Origin: Entomortierella parvispora E1425 | Lineage: Eukaryota > Fungi > Mortierellomycota | Length of the DNA: 64,000 nt | Assembly: GCA_020891255.1 (NCBI GenBank) | Contig: BQFW01000002.1 | Location: 2,790,001 to 2,854,000, forward strand | Reading direction: 5' to 3' | Shown here: one piece after another, positions 12,465-23,779 of the stretch | Numbering within the stretch: the first letter of the stretch is position 1 | Layout: each line of letters starts with the position of its first letter | The notes under the pieces: model-generated | Databases searched by the model: none | What the model was told of the DNA's origin: nothing | The model's input: the letters and a program-made list of their open reading frames with translations, nothing else | Position numbers and translations under genes: made by a program

Positions 12465-13533
12465 TTAAACGTGGGATCGCCTCGAGCCGCTGAAAAAGGT
12501 CCTGATCACATAAACCTGCAAGGCGGCCATGACCACAATCATGGTCAGTTCCGTGATCGAGAACCAAAAGATTCTGGATTCGGTCGACAAGACGGTGGAA
12601 AAGTTCCTGGTCTCCCTGGTCTTTTGATATTTCTGCATTCGATCAATCCGACCCAGCTCGCCCGTCAATCGGAACAGGGATTCATCCATGGCTTCTGCCT
12701 GGGCCTGGGGTCCAGTGCCTCGCTCCTTTTGGTTGATCTGGGTAGGACGTTTTTCATTCTCCATCGAGATTTCGAAATCGACCACCTTCTCGGCAAAAGT
12801 CGACATGTCGTTGGAGAAGCAAAACGAGTATTCACCAACGTCATTCGCAGTAAAGACATAGTCGCCCTGACGCTCTTTCTCGAGGTTGAGGAGAGGTTTC
12901 TCGTTGGGACCCTTGACCTCGACGTCAATATCGAATGAGCCACCAGATTGGACCTAAAAGAGAAAAAAAAGGTCCGCACAGGTGAGAACAGGCTACACAG
13001 GAGCGGCGTTTTTACAGCTGGCAGTCCCCTCCTCCCCTTTTCGTAGTAACCCAGGCCCAACAAACAACCGGCAAACCGATCGGAGAAGTAGCGTGGGTGC
13101 GGAAGGCCATTTAGCCTTGTTATCGATAGAGTTCATTGTCCGGCACCCGGTCCATGAAGGTCTAATGGAACTGGCCCTTCCCTGCGCCACAGCCGCTGGG
13201 CATTGGATCCAGCAGAAGTAGGAACCGAGATCAGACATGGCTCACCGTTTCCATTGGATCACATGCTGTCATCCAGCACGATATCCTGCAACAGAGTCCT
13301 TTAAAAAAAGAGAAAGAAAGCCAACAAATGACTCCACTTACAGCAAAGTAAAAGGCCAGCTTCTTCTTGGGCTCGTTGGCCCAGGCGTAGAAACACGCCT
13401 TCTCATGCGCAGCCACGTTGTAGGTAAGAGCCGTCGCCTCAACTCGATTGGTTGTCATCATGACGAAGGCTACGACCATGGTCGCCAGAAGAGTGACCAT
13501 GGACCTGGTTCTTGAGATGCATGCAAACGTCAT
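12465..13533 (-). CDS. p24/emp24/gp25L (GOLD-domain) cargo receptor, 2 exons
   Basis: Signal peptide; AHEKACFY; F-A|V-QSGGSFDIDVEVKGP; GEYSFCFSNDMSTFAEKVVDF; RNFSTVLSTESRIFWFS; C-terminal TM and LQVYVIRTFF. Intron 12954-13341. Confidence 0.92.
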
Positions 13534-13548
13534 TGTCGTCCTCCTTGC

Positions 13549-13579
<31 letters not shown>

Positions 13580-14029
13580 GCTGTAGAGAAAATCCTTTGA
13601 TTGAGTCGAGTTCTTGAATGAATCCTGAGAGGTTGATTGATGGTGAAGGCAAAAAGATGATTCTTGAACAAATGACGAGTGCATTGAAACAAAAATGAGA
13701 AACCCCACTCATGCAAGTCATTTCCCAGCCTCGCACCCCTTGCTGCCCCTTTTTTTTCGCTCTGTGCTCCGTTTCCCGTCCCAGAGCCAACAGAACCAAA
13801 CAGACGGTGACGCATCATAGTGTTCCTCCCTCAGCCCCATCCCTTTGAGATGGACGCGTCCAAGGGCACAACATAAACGTCGCGTCTTTGAGGAACAAAA
13901 AGAAAAGACGCGTAGGTGGAAGACCGACTCTCGTTCGCAAAAGTCTTTTATTTACAAAAACGACCATTTGAGGCCACCTTGAACAAACAGGTTTCCCCCT
14001 TTTTTTGTACACAACCCTTCCTTCAGTCT

Positions 14030-15545
14030 CTACGAGGAACGGAAGTTGTAGTCAAGGGCAGGCTTGTTGGACAAGATCTGTTCAATGCTCTCCAACACCT
14101 CGTCCGTCAATTGCTTGGCAATCTGGACCGCCTTTACGTTCTCCTCCACCTGCGAGGGCTTTGAGGCACCAGTGATTACCGAGGAAACATTTTTGTTTCG
14201 CAAGCACCAGGCCAAGGCCAACTGAGAGCGGGTGCAGCCCACTTTCTCGGCAATATCTCCAAGCTTGATAACCTTTGCAATCTTGACACGACCGTCCTCG
14301 CTCTCGAGTCCGTCACGGAGACGCTTCATCACTGGGTTTTCAGTGATGGCCAGGCGACTGTCCGAGGGGATAGTGTCGTTGTACTTGCCAGTCAAGAGTC
14401 CCGAGGCCAGAGGGGACCACGTGGTCGTGCCCATGCCAAAGTTCTTGTACAAGGGGAGGTATTCCTTCTCGACGCGATCGCGATGGAACATGTTGTACTG
14501 GGGTTGCTCCATCTATCAATTTTTAATTTGTCATACAGAAGAAAACAGGAACGTTAGCCTAGTGCGCCACAATAGAGAAAAAGAAATGATGCCATTCGTC
14601 TATCGGGACAAGCGCCATCCATCTTGCTTTCTCTCTTTCAGGTTTATGTTTATCCGGAAAGCCCTCTTGCGTGGGGGCGCGTGTACAACGCGCACGCAAG
14701 TGGAGGAGAGAGGGGAGGACGAATAACGACGAAGAAGCTCTTTCGCTTAAACAAGATTTTTTTTTCCTTCTCACATACCAATGGTCCGATCAGGTTCAGG
14801 CGGCTGGCCACAGCGTGAGCCTCTGTGATCTGCTGAGCGCTCCACTCGGATGTTCCCCAGTAAAACGCTTTGCCCTGGTTAATAACGTGGTTGAAGGCTC
14901 GGACAATCTCCTCCATGGGCGTGTCGGGATCGGGTCGGTGAGCATAGAGCAAATCCACATAATCCAATTGCAAGCGCTTCAGAGATGCATCCGTTCCCTC
15001 GACAATGTGCTTGCGAGACAATCCACGGTCATTAGGTCCCTTGCCTCCCCAGAAGATCTTTGTCGAGATGACGAGATCTGATCGCTTCCAGCCGAATTTG
15101 CGGATGGCCACTCCCATGTCAATCTCGCATTGTCCACCCGAGTAGACCTGTTGAATCGTCGAATAAAGATAGAAAAAAACATGTCAGCGCGAACATGGTT
15201 CTGAAGAAGACCTGATTTCCAGAGGGTCGTGATTATGTCACTTGGTTATCCCTGGCGATGCACCCGATCCCTTTACCTCGGCGGTATCGAAAAAGTTGAT
15301 ACCGAGATCAAAGGCGGTCTTCATACATTGCTGAGCAACCTCAGGGCCGACCTGACCACCTGCGTCATTGTGGAGAAAACGAGAATATTGTTTAGGACAG
15401 CCGTTGCAAGACAGGACGGAACGCGAAAAAAAAAAAAGAAAAAAAAAACTGGAAGCATCATCAAATGTGTACCATAAGTGACCCAGCCGCCGAGGGAAAG
15501 GCAAGAGACCATGAGGCCGCTGTTTCCAAGGTAACGATACTCCAT
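14030..15545 (-). CDS. Aldo-keto reductase, voltage-gated K+ channel beta-subunit (Kv-beta)-like, 4 exons
   Basis: MEYRYLGNSGLMVSCLSLGGW, GINFFDTAEVYSGG, SDLVISTKIFWGG, LDYVDLLYAHRPD, QPQYNMFHR and WSPLASGLLTGKY. Canonical introns 15360-15472, 15148-15276 and 14513-14778. Confidence 0.93.
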
Positions 15546-15717
15546 TTTTGATAGTTTAGAAGGGGGATAGAAGAAGATGGAGAGAAAGTAGAGAGAAAGT
15601 AGAGAAAGAAAGAAGAGTGAAGACGAAGCAAGGAAAGAAAACAGGAAACTCTTTATTGGAGTTGCGATCGATTCTCGCGGGTTTTGAGCAGTCCACGTGA
15701 CGGGTAAATCGTAAGAC

Positions 15718-17534
15718 TCAGAGCCTGGACTCGCGCTGCTTGCGTGCACGTTCTTCGTTTTGCATCTTGACCAAATGCTCCTGCTTGCGCCAATACGCAA
15801 GTGTCCGCGCATCCAAACGCTCTACCGGCTTCTTCTCGACTGTGCATTCTTCCGTGAACGTAATCGCCTCTCTCTTTTGCACGCCAACATCGGAAGGCAA
15901 CAACGAGTTCAGTCCGTGTCTCAATCCATGCTCCCGGCTCGTCTCACCCCAGGCAAAGAGGATCCAGACCTTCATCATCTTTTTGTTCAAGGCCTTCTCC
16001 CCCTCTGTAAACATGTCCAGATACGTGTCTGATCCAAAGACAAACGGTAACTCTGCTGCGTGATGCGCTCCCAGGCCCAAGTTCATATCCTCTACAATCT
16101 GAAGAGGGCGGTCAAAATGAAATCGACTCATTTCTAGAGGTTCCTTTCGAAGTCCCGTTGCGCCTCCACCCATGAGAGCTTGACTTGTAACATGGAGCGG
16201 ATAGAGGAAGACAGAGTCACTCAAGACAACAGCCGAGATCTGGGCTGCCTCGGCGTCTGTCTTGGGAAGACCATAGATGGCTTCGAATTCCTTCTCCATG
16301 CCAGGGGCACAATGTTTGGCAAAGAAGCGAGGCCAACGCTTCAAAGTGCGAGCACCCAGAACTGGCACAAACATGACACCCTCATCTCGGCAATCTCCTA
16401 ACATCACAGACTTGAGGCCAGGGTCATACCGAGAGGGATCGTGCACCCATTCGCGCGTTTCGCCACAGATGAGGACGTTGTCAATTGTTGGCAAAAACAT
16501 GCCGACTTTGCCATTGTCTGCAGCCTTGACGAGGTCTTTGGCAGGGATCTTTTTCAGTCTAGCCAACTTTTCGGCGCCAGAGAGTTCAGTCTTGTCGAGT
16601 CCGAAATGCTTGCACAGATTATTAAAGTATCTCTGACCCTCAATTTCAGCTCGGCCGGCCATCATGGTTGTCACACATCCAGACTGGAGGATAGCACGGT
16701 GGAAAAGTCCATGGTGGGACTTGATGGACATATGGTAGCCGATCGAGGCCGCTCCTGCAGACTCACCAAAGACGGTAATATCCTTCGCATTGCCTCCAAA
16801 AGCCCCAATGTGATCTCGAACCCATTCGAATGCAATCTTTTGATCCAAGAGACCCCAATTGCCGACGCTCTTTTCGTTGTTAGTGCTCGAGAGTCTGGTA
16901 TCTGACTTGACATCCTGAACCAGCTCAGCGGAGGAGAGGAACCCAAAGTAGTTCAGGCGGTAGTTCATGGTGACAACAATAACCGGGCGACCGAGGGCCT
17001 TGATCGAGTGGGCGACCAGATTGGAGGCTTCGTAGAGGTTCATAGCATTGCTTCCGTCCTTGTAGCTACCACCGTGGATCCATACCATAACAGGAATCAG
17101 GGGTTTGTTCTTGGTCTTGTCGAGCTGATCATGAGGACCGAAAATATTGAGGTTGAGGCAGTGTTCTTCATTGTAGACCCTGCTGTAGGCCTCTTCGTCG
17201 TCTTCGTCCACACCGTCCATGCTCATGCTCACGAGCGGATTTTCACTCATCGGTTGGTGACAGACTGGCCTGCAGCAGAAAAGGGAGGGGTCGCAGTTAG
17301 CCTAGGATTGGAGTTAACTTGATCTCACTGAGTACAAAAGACACCAAAGACCTTTTACCCTTGCACGGTTGCATCCCTGACACCGGTCCAGGGTGCAGCT
17401 TTGACAGCTGGGCGCCAGCGCTCAGGAACAATAGCATAAGGAACGTTCAGGAACTTTGCCACGAAGGGCTGGTTCTCGGCTTGCATGCCCTGCAATCTGC
17501 CGAGGTTTGGAATGTTGACTTGTGGACCCGCCAT
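15718..17534 (-). CDS. Type-B carboxylesterase/lipase, predicted active
   Basis: Exon 1 17534-17359 (MAGPQVNIPNLGRLQG...RWRP...RDAT), intron 17270-17358. Motifs WIHGGSY, NYRLNYFGF, NWGLLDQ, FGESAG (catalytic Ser), GDCRDEG (Glu) and GAHHAAELPFVFG (His). Confidence 0.93.
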
Positions 17535-18197
17535 CGTCTGTGACTATGAGAATGGAAGAATGAGTGGAGAGGAAGGAGGGAGTGATGGAAAGAATCAACA
17601 AGTAGGATTCAGCGGAATGGGGGAAGCGGAGGTGAAGAGAGAATCGAGATACTTGGTCGTTTAAAACTGAGTTTTTGGCCACGACGTCCCGGCTGGTGCT
17701 GGCCTTTTTTTTTTTCTTTTTTCACTGAATCCCTTATCCCCAAAGCCAAAACGGGGAGCGAGCCGAGAGGCGCGTGTGGGCGGATGCTCTTTTCGCGTGC
17801 TCTCTTGTTCTTTCTCTTGTTGCCGATCGCTTCCTGTTGTTGCTACCATTGCCACGGTGGCCAAGACTGCAGTGTCTTTCCTTGGATGGACACGTCCAAA
17901 GAGGATGCGGTCCAGGAAGGAAAGAGTCGCAGGATGGAACGTCTTTCGCTTTCCTCCCACACCCCGCCCACCGTCGTCATTGGACGACCATTTAAGGCAT
18001 GTGCCGCACGTTCCTCTTTTTGCTTGTCGTTCTTCTCTTCTCCCGCCAGGTTGACCATTCATTCGCTCATTCCTTCATCCTTTCTCTTCCATCTTTCTTC
18101 TTCTTGCTCATTCTCTTTCATTCTCTGCACACCGCCCACTCCCAAGAAGACAGCGCAACCTATCTCTTGATCGTCTTTATCTCAGATTCCGATATCA
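17535..18197. promoter_or_regulatory. Putative bidirectional promoter shared by the two divergent carboxylesterase paralogs
   Basis: About 660 bp separate the two start codons, with pyrimidine-rich 5'-UTR-like tracts facing each gene. Confidence 0.55.
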
Positions 18198-20339
18198 ATG
18201 ACTGCCTCCCCACCTGCTTACACTGTGGGCGTTGACTCTGTTCCCATATCCATAGCCCTTCCTTCCCCTTCTCAGCCCTCTTCTGAAGCAAAAGACCAAT
18301 CCAGCTTCAAGGGGCCCACAGTCTTGATTCCATCACTTGGTCAACTTCAAGGAAAAGTCGAAACCATAACGGATGACGCCTACCCTGTAGCCTCCTTCCT
18401 AAACGTTCCTTTTGCCACCGTCACTGAGCGATGGCGCCCCGCAGTCAAGCCCACTCCATGGGAAGGCATTCGAGACGCCACCAACTTTGGGTAAGGAGCA
18501 ACCACCATGGCGCACTTTTTTTTTTTCGATTCTCGGAGTCGACAGAAATTAATAATGCCTCACAAAAAAAAAAAAAAAAAAAAAAAAAAATCGTGAAAAA
18601 TCACTCGTCGCTAGGCCAAGCCCTCCACAACAGACCAAGAGCCATCCGTTTGTCAAACTCTTTTCGGGATTAGCAGAGCAGGTCGACTATGACAGGACCC
18701 AAAATGAACGGGACTGTCTCAACTGCAATATTTTCTTACCGAGCGCTCAGGCGCTTCAGCACAGGATCGCGGTCGATCAGGAGGCAGGACCTCAAATCGA
18801 ACAAGATATCGGTCATCCGACCTGTTTGCCGGTCTTGGTTTGGGTTGTCGGTGGTGCACTTAAGACTGGAGCCAATTCGACCCCTCTTTACAATGGAACG
18901 GAATTAGTGAGAACCTCGATCGAACGAGGTACACCCATGATCGTCGTGACTTTGAACTATCGACTCAACCATTTCGGATTTTTGGCATCAAAGCAGTTGG
19001 TCACCGCCACCAAGGAGGCTTATGAACGCGAGGAAGAATCCACAAAGCAATGGTATGGAGAGTCAGTCGGTAATTGGGGATTGCTGGACGTGGCGATGGG
19101 ACTGGAATGGATTCAGGACCATATCGCGGCGTTTGGAGGGAACCCGAAACGCGTCACTGTCATGGGAGAGGCTGCGGGAGCTAGTTTGATATCGTATATG
19201 CTACAGATCCCACAGTTCCATGGATTGTTGGACCGGGCTATCCTTCAGTCTGGAGCGGCTTCGAGTTTGCCAGCTGTGTTTCCAGAGTATGAGGGACAGC
19301 GTTACTTTGATGAACTTTGCCAACAGTTCGACGTAGCATTGGATCAAGGATTATCCCCAGGAGATATATTGGAGAAACTTCGGGGTGTGTCTGAGAAAGA
19401 GTTGGCAGAGTCGATGAATGACTGCAAGACTTTATTTTTTCGACCGACCATTGATGGCGTTGTTGTGAAGAATGATGCTCGATTGAGCGCCCATGATTCG
19501 TCTAGATATGATCCAAAGTTGAATTGGGTGATGATCGGAACCTGTGCTGAGGAAGGTACGTTATTACCAAACTATGAATGCTGCTCCTTGAACTGAGCGT
19601 CCAATCTTTCGTCCATGGTAATTTATACTCTTCGTTGTTTCTTTTAGGAACGGCTCTAAACCCTCAATTGGGAGCCACCACGTTAGACACTTTTGCCAAA
19701 CTGAAAGCCAGGATCTGTGGCGATCGGTCAGCTGAGGCCGAAATATTCGATGAATTGTTTGGGGTCCCTACAACAGATGATGAGGCTTCCACCATCTCGA
19801 GCAGAGTGTTGAGTCATGGCAACTTCAAATATCCAGCACTGCAGGCTAGCGAGGCGATTTTATCCCATCCGATCTGTCAATTGAGTCGTTACCATTTCGA
19901 CCGCAAGACGGACAAGATTGAGGGCATGATCCCGGGTCTTGGTGCTCATCAGGGAGTGGATCTATATTTCATCTTTGGTGATCGTGAGGTGTCGGCTTCG
20001 TTGTTATCCCCGGAAGAGATGGCGTTTGGGAAAAAGGTACAGGAGATCTGGATCGAGTTTACAACCGCTAAATCTCCCGAGGCTTCTTTCTTGATCTCTA
20101 AAGTCAACTATGTGATCCCACTGAGTGATCAAGACAAGGAGCTGCAGCAGGTGGATGAGGATCCAAAGGAGGCTCTCGTCTTTGGACAGGATCTTCAAGT
20201 CCGGGAGGCCGCTGTGGAGAGGATGTCAAGGGACGAGATTGCATTCTGGAAACGATCTCATGCCCATGCAGCTGAACAAGCGAAGCTAGGACGAGGATCC
20301 GAAGTAGGATTTGACTTTTTTCGACCATTAACTTGTTGA
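18198..20339 (+). CDS. Type-B carboxylesterase-like protein lacking the catalytic Ser (GEAAG); probable pseudoenzyme, 3 exons
   Basis: Introns 18491-18614 and 19556-19647 join in frame. Motifs RWRP, RDAT, ERDCLNCNIF, NYRLNHFGF, NWGLLDV, VMGEAAG, GTCAEEG and GAHQGVDL. Confidence 0.9.
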
Positions 20340-20492
20340 ACAGAAAGAAGAGGAGGACAAAAAAAAGATCATTTTTTGAGTTCGCACTTTCGCGTGTGTA
20401 TACGCGAATTTTTTGTTATCGTATTTTTTGGTGGCAACACAAGTTTTGCATGATCATCTCTTTCCTTCATTCCATCACTCACATTGACTCTC

Positions 20493-21798
20493 ATGGAAGA
20501 AAGATCAAAGGCAAGAAGGAAAAGCATGTTCCCTGTGGTGCCCCCTGGGCCGGCCGAAAAGCGACGGGAGTTTCTTGAATACTTCAGTGATCCTCCAAAT
20601 GCTGTCGCCCTGTTGGCCAACGGTTTGAAAGGCAAGAAAACAACCTATCTTGCTCTGCCCCTATCTACGCCTGAAGAGAACTGAGGAGTGGAAAAGAAAA
20701 GGCAGAGAGAAGAGCTTTAGAGGCTAACTGAGATTTGACTCGCCATCTTCAGGAATATCATTGGCCGAAATCGGGCACCGAGATAGCGCTGAGGAGAAGG
20801 CTGAGGGACAAGCTCAAGAGCATGAACAAAGGGAAGGATCGGGAAAAGACGTTCGATTCTCAATGTTGAGGCACCGACGGTATGGAGAGAACCAAGCCTA
20901 CATCCTTGTGGCTGTCCAGTTCCTCATTCGGCAGTTTGAAGAACTCTTGACCAAACCTTGGGAAAGCCAAATGCTGTTCGCCTTGTCGCGAGGAAAGTTC
21001 TTTGAGTCGTTGGCCAAGAAACTGGAGAAGGAGGAGCCTGTCCTTCGGCGTGTGTCGGGCCCTACCCTAAGGTCCATGTTCGAGAGGGTCGTCCAAAAGT
21101 ATGAGGATCTGCAAAACTTCAAACGATCCGAACCAGGCGGTATATTTGCAACAACCATTCTCATGGATAAGGTGGGTCTCATGTATCGGTTGCATCAACA
21201 CTTTGTGAACGCCGGAGTGCAGATGGCCAGCACCGAGGAGTCGGCAGATTCAGAAGAAAAGATGGAAGGACCAGAGCCGTGGATTACTCGTGGGGTCAAT
21301 GCGCATGATCCCGGACCATCGTCTTCGTCTTCGTCTTCAACAGCAATGGCGAAAGCAGCAACACATACGGAGGCCACTGTAACGGCAACATCAACATCAA
21401 CAACCACGCCGATCGCAAATGGCGAACTTGCTCGCGATTCTACTGCACCTGATGATATTCTGGAAGAGGCGTTATCGCAGTTGTCAGATTACCGCAAAAG
21501 TATCGTTCAGGCCCTCTCTGCTTGTATCGCCGATTCGAATACACTGAGCGAGGAACAAAACAACCGTCAGTCAAGGTTATCGGTCAGAGTTGATGCGATT
21601 GAGAAGGCCGTCGAAGCTGGTCGTCAGCCAGCAGCACAAGCAACCGAGCAGCAATGGGCCGTGATTGAGGAGCAGAGTCGGCAGCTCATGGTATTGGGCC
21701 AATCTGTGCAGTTCATGTCGGCTCAGGTCCAAATGCAGAGTGAAGCCATCAACACGATGCAAGCATCCACGATGGAGATCCTTCGACGTCTTCAATAA
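20493..21798 (+). CDS. Uncharacterised protein with a possible Myb/SANT-like (trihelix) region and a C-terminal coiled coil; 2 exons joined by a GC-AG intron
   Basis: Exon 20493-20631, intron 20632-20752 (AG|GCAAG...GCTAAC...TTCAG), then a long ORF to 21798. The central FFESLAKKL...RRVSGPTLRSMFERVVQKY segment resembles SANT-like helices; the C-terminus has a heptad pattern. Confidence 0.6.
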
Positions 21799-21857
21799 AG
21801 CTATTGCTCCTTCTTCACATTTGATGCCGGATTTATTTTTTCTTCCAGATCAAAATC

Positions 21858-23618
21858 TTATCGATAGGTCAGAACGGTGCCCGAGTAATCCGTGCAATCA
21901 TAGATGTTTCGCACCTTGAACGCGAGTCGCTTCTTCATGAACCACTGCCAATGGCTCTTGCTTTCCTCCAAGACCGCAGGACGAGTCGCTGTGCTGACTG
22001 TCACCCGCTCCAGACAGGGCCATTCTCTTTCCATCCACTCAACCTCGGCCTGTCCGATCCGATTCCACAAGAGTCCCTGCAAATGCAACTTTCGTAGCTT
22101 CTTCAAATTTCTCAGCTCATTCAACCGACCATGTACCGGGTTCAATGTGAAATCAAACAACCAGTCGTTCTCGATCTCGAATCCTCTCCAGGGCTGGTAT
22201 CCAAATGTGATCTCTTCTAGTTCTGTCAAGCGTCCAAGCTGCCAGTAAAAAGCTCTGGTCGAGGAGGGATGTGCGCCCAGGACGGGTGCGGCCGATGTCA
22301 ACGCAAATGATTTCAATCCGCGACAAGAGCAATTGGCCGCCAAATCGTCAAACTGGCCTAGATCTTCCCAAATATCCACTTCCTCCTCATAAATATCGAA
22401 ATCCTTGAAATTCAAGACCAGGCCCCTGTCCTTTCCAAGAATGCTAAATGTCCTCAAATTGGGACAAGCTGCCAAAATGATTTGAACATCAAAGCTCGCC
22501 ATCAGCTCTACATTGCGGACAATGAGGGTCTCGAGCACCAGTCGGCTGTCCAGGACAGAGAATTTGATGTCCCGATTCCACTCCATGCATGAAAACTCGA
22601 CCGATCGAATTCTAGGCGCGAGTTGTCGCACGATCGTTTGAAACATGGAGTCGTCGTTTTCATTGGTCTCCCTGCCGTCCATCAGGATGCTGTTCACGGT
22701 TGGGAAAGAGCGTCGGACGATCGGTCCCATGGACTCGAAAGATCTGTCCTCTGACCTAGGGATATACAGCGTTTCCAGAGCTTGGAATCCTCCAGAACCG
22801 TAAAGGGGAACCAAAAACGTGGATGGGTACCGGTCTTTGAATCGGGGCAGCTCAAAAGATTTCAGTTGTCTAGGAAAGAGGCCCTTCCGCTTATGGCCGT
22901 CCAGATCTCTGAGTGTCTGTCCAAAAATAACGTTATCTTCATGGCTGTCTCGCGCCATGTCCACCTCCAGCGAGAACCGGAGAACTTCCAGGTTGGGGAA
23001 CCCAAGCAAAGACGTCAAGAGCCGGAACACGGTCGCCATCGGATACCCCTTGCTGTTGCTGCTTGCCAAGGTGACAGATGTCAGCCTTGGAAGGGTGCTC
23101 AGGACGGCCACAAGTTCATCCGAATGCTTGTGAATAAGACTTGCAGGGAGTCGTACCGTTTCCAAGAACAGGTTCTGTTTCAGCAGCTGGAGCACCTGGT
23201 CCAGTTGATGGCCAGCGAATTGGGTCTCGTCCTTGACCTTGATGTCTCCAGAGTAGACCAGTCGCGTCAATCGGGTGACACAAGGCTGCTCTTCTCCACT
23301 CGAACCCTTGGTCAGCTCCAAGAGCGGATCTGCAGACTTTTCAAGGAGGCGGTCCAGCAACCCTGTACCGGGCGTCTGAAATTCGACTGTTCGCAGAAAG
23401 GAAAGACGACTGTGGTAGAGTCCAGAGCTGGGTACGTCCTGCAGTCCTCGATCTAGCTTGTAGTCTTGCCAGATGGACCGTGCAAAGCATAAATGTATCT
23501 GTTTGCTGATAAGGGAGACACGAACGAGCGAATCGAGGTCCAAGAAGGAGCCAATTATAATGGCGAGCTCAGGCGCGCCAAGGACTTTGTCAACCAAGGA
23601 CATTTGTGATGGAGGCAT
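21858..23618 (-). CDS. F-box-like / RNI-type leucine-rich-repeat protein of the family expanded in Mortierellaceae
   Basis: Single long ORF. N-terminal VLGAPELAIIIGSFLDLDSLVRVSLISKQIH is F-box-like, LxxLxL repeats follow, and the C-terminus reads LNELRNLKKLRKLHLQG...IGQAEVEWMEREWPCL. Confidence 0.75.
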   Translation of the reverse strand: MPPSQMSLVDKVLGAPELAIIIGSFLDLDSLVRVSLISKQIHLCFARSIWQDYKLDRGLQDVPSSGLYHSRLSFLRTVEFQTPGTGLLDRLLEKSADPLLELTKGSSGEEQPCVTRLTRLVYSGDIKVKDETQFAGHQLDQVLQLLKQNLFLETVRLPASLIHKHSDELVAVLSTLPRLTSVTLASSNSKGYPMATVFRLLTSLLGFPNLEVLRFSLEVDMARDSHEDNVIFGQTLRDLDGHKRKGLFPRQLKSFELPRFKDRYPSTFLVPLYGSGGFQALETLYIPRSEDRSFESMGPIVRRSFPTVNSILMDGRETNENDDSMFQTIVRQLAPRIRSVEFSCMEWNRDIKFSVLDSRLVLETLIVRNVELMASFDVQIILAACPNLRTFSILGKDRGLVLNFKDFDIYEEEVDIWEDLGQFDDLAANCSCRGLKSFALTSAAPVLGAHPSSTRAFYWQLGRLTELEEITFGYQPWRGFEIENDWLFDFTLNPVHGRLNELRNLKKLRKLHLQGLLWNRIGQAEVEWMEREWPCLERVTVSTATRPAVLEESKSHWQWFMKKRLAFKVRNIYDCTDYSGTVLTYR

Positions 23619-23779
23619 GTCTGATGGGCGAGTTTCCTGATGAATGTGAAGCAATGTTGAGGCGTGATTCGAATGAGATGGTGGTACAAAGTGGAAGGAG
23701 CGAACAACGCGACAGGTTTGGTGGGCAGAGGGGAAAACGTGCGCCAGGAAAAAAACATTAAGAGCGTGATTTATTGGGG

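Noticed and set aside
12954-13341. Intron considered as RNase P/MRP, SRP or U3 RNA
   Set aside because: The required conserved elements (P4 pairing, SRP helix 8, U3 boxes) are not found in the right order.
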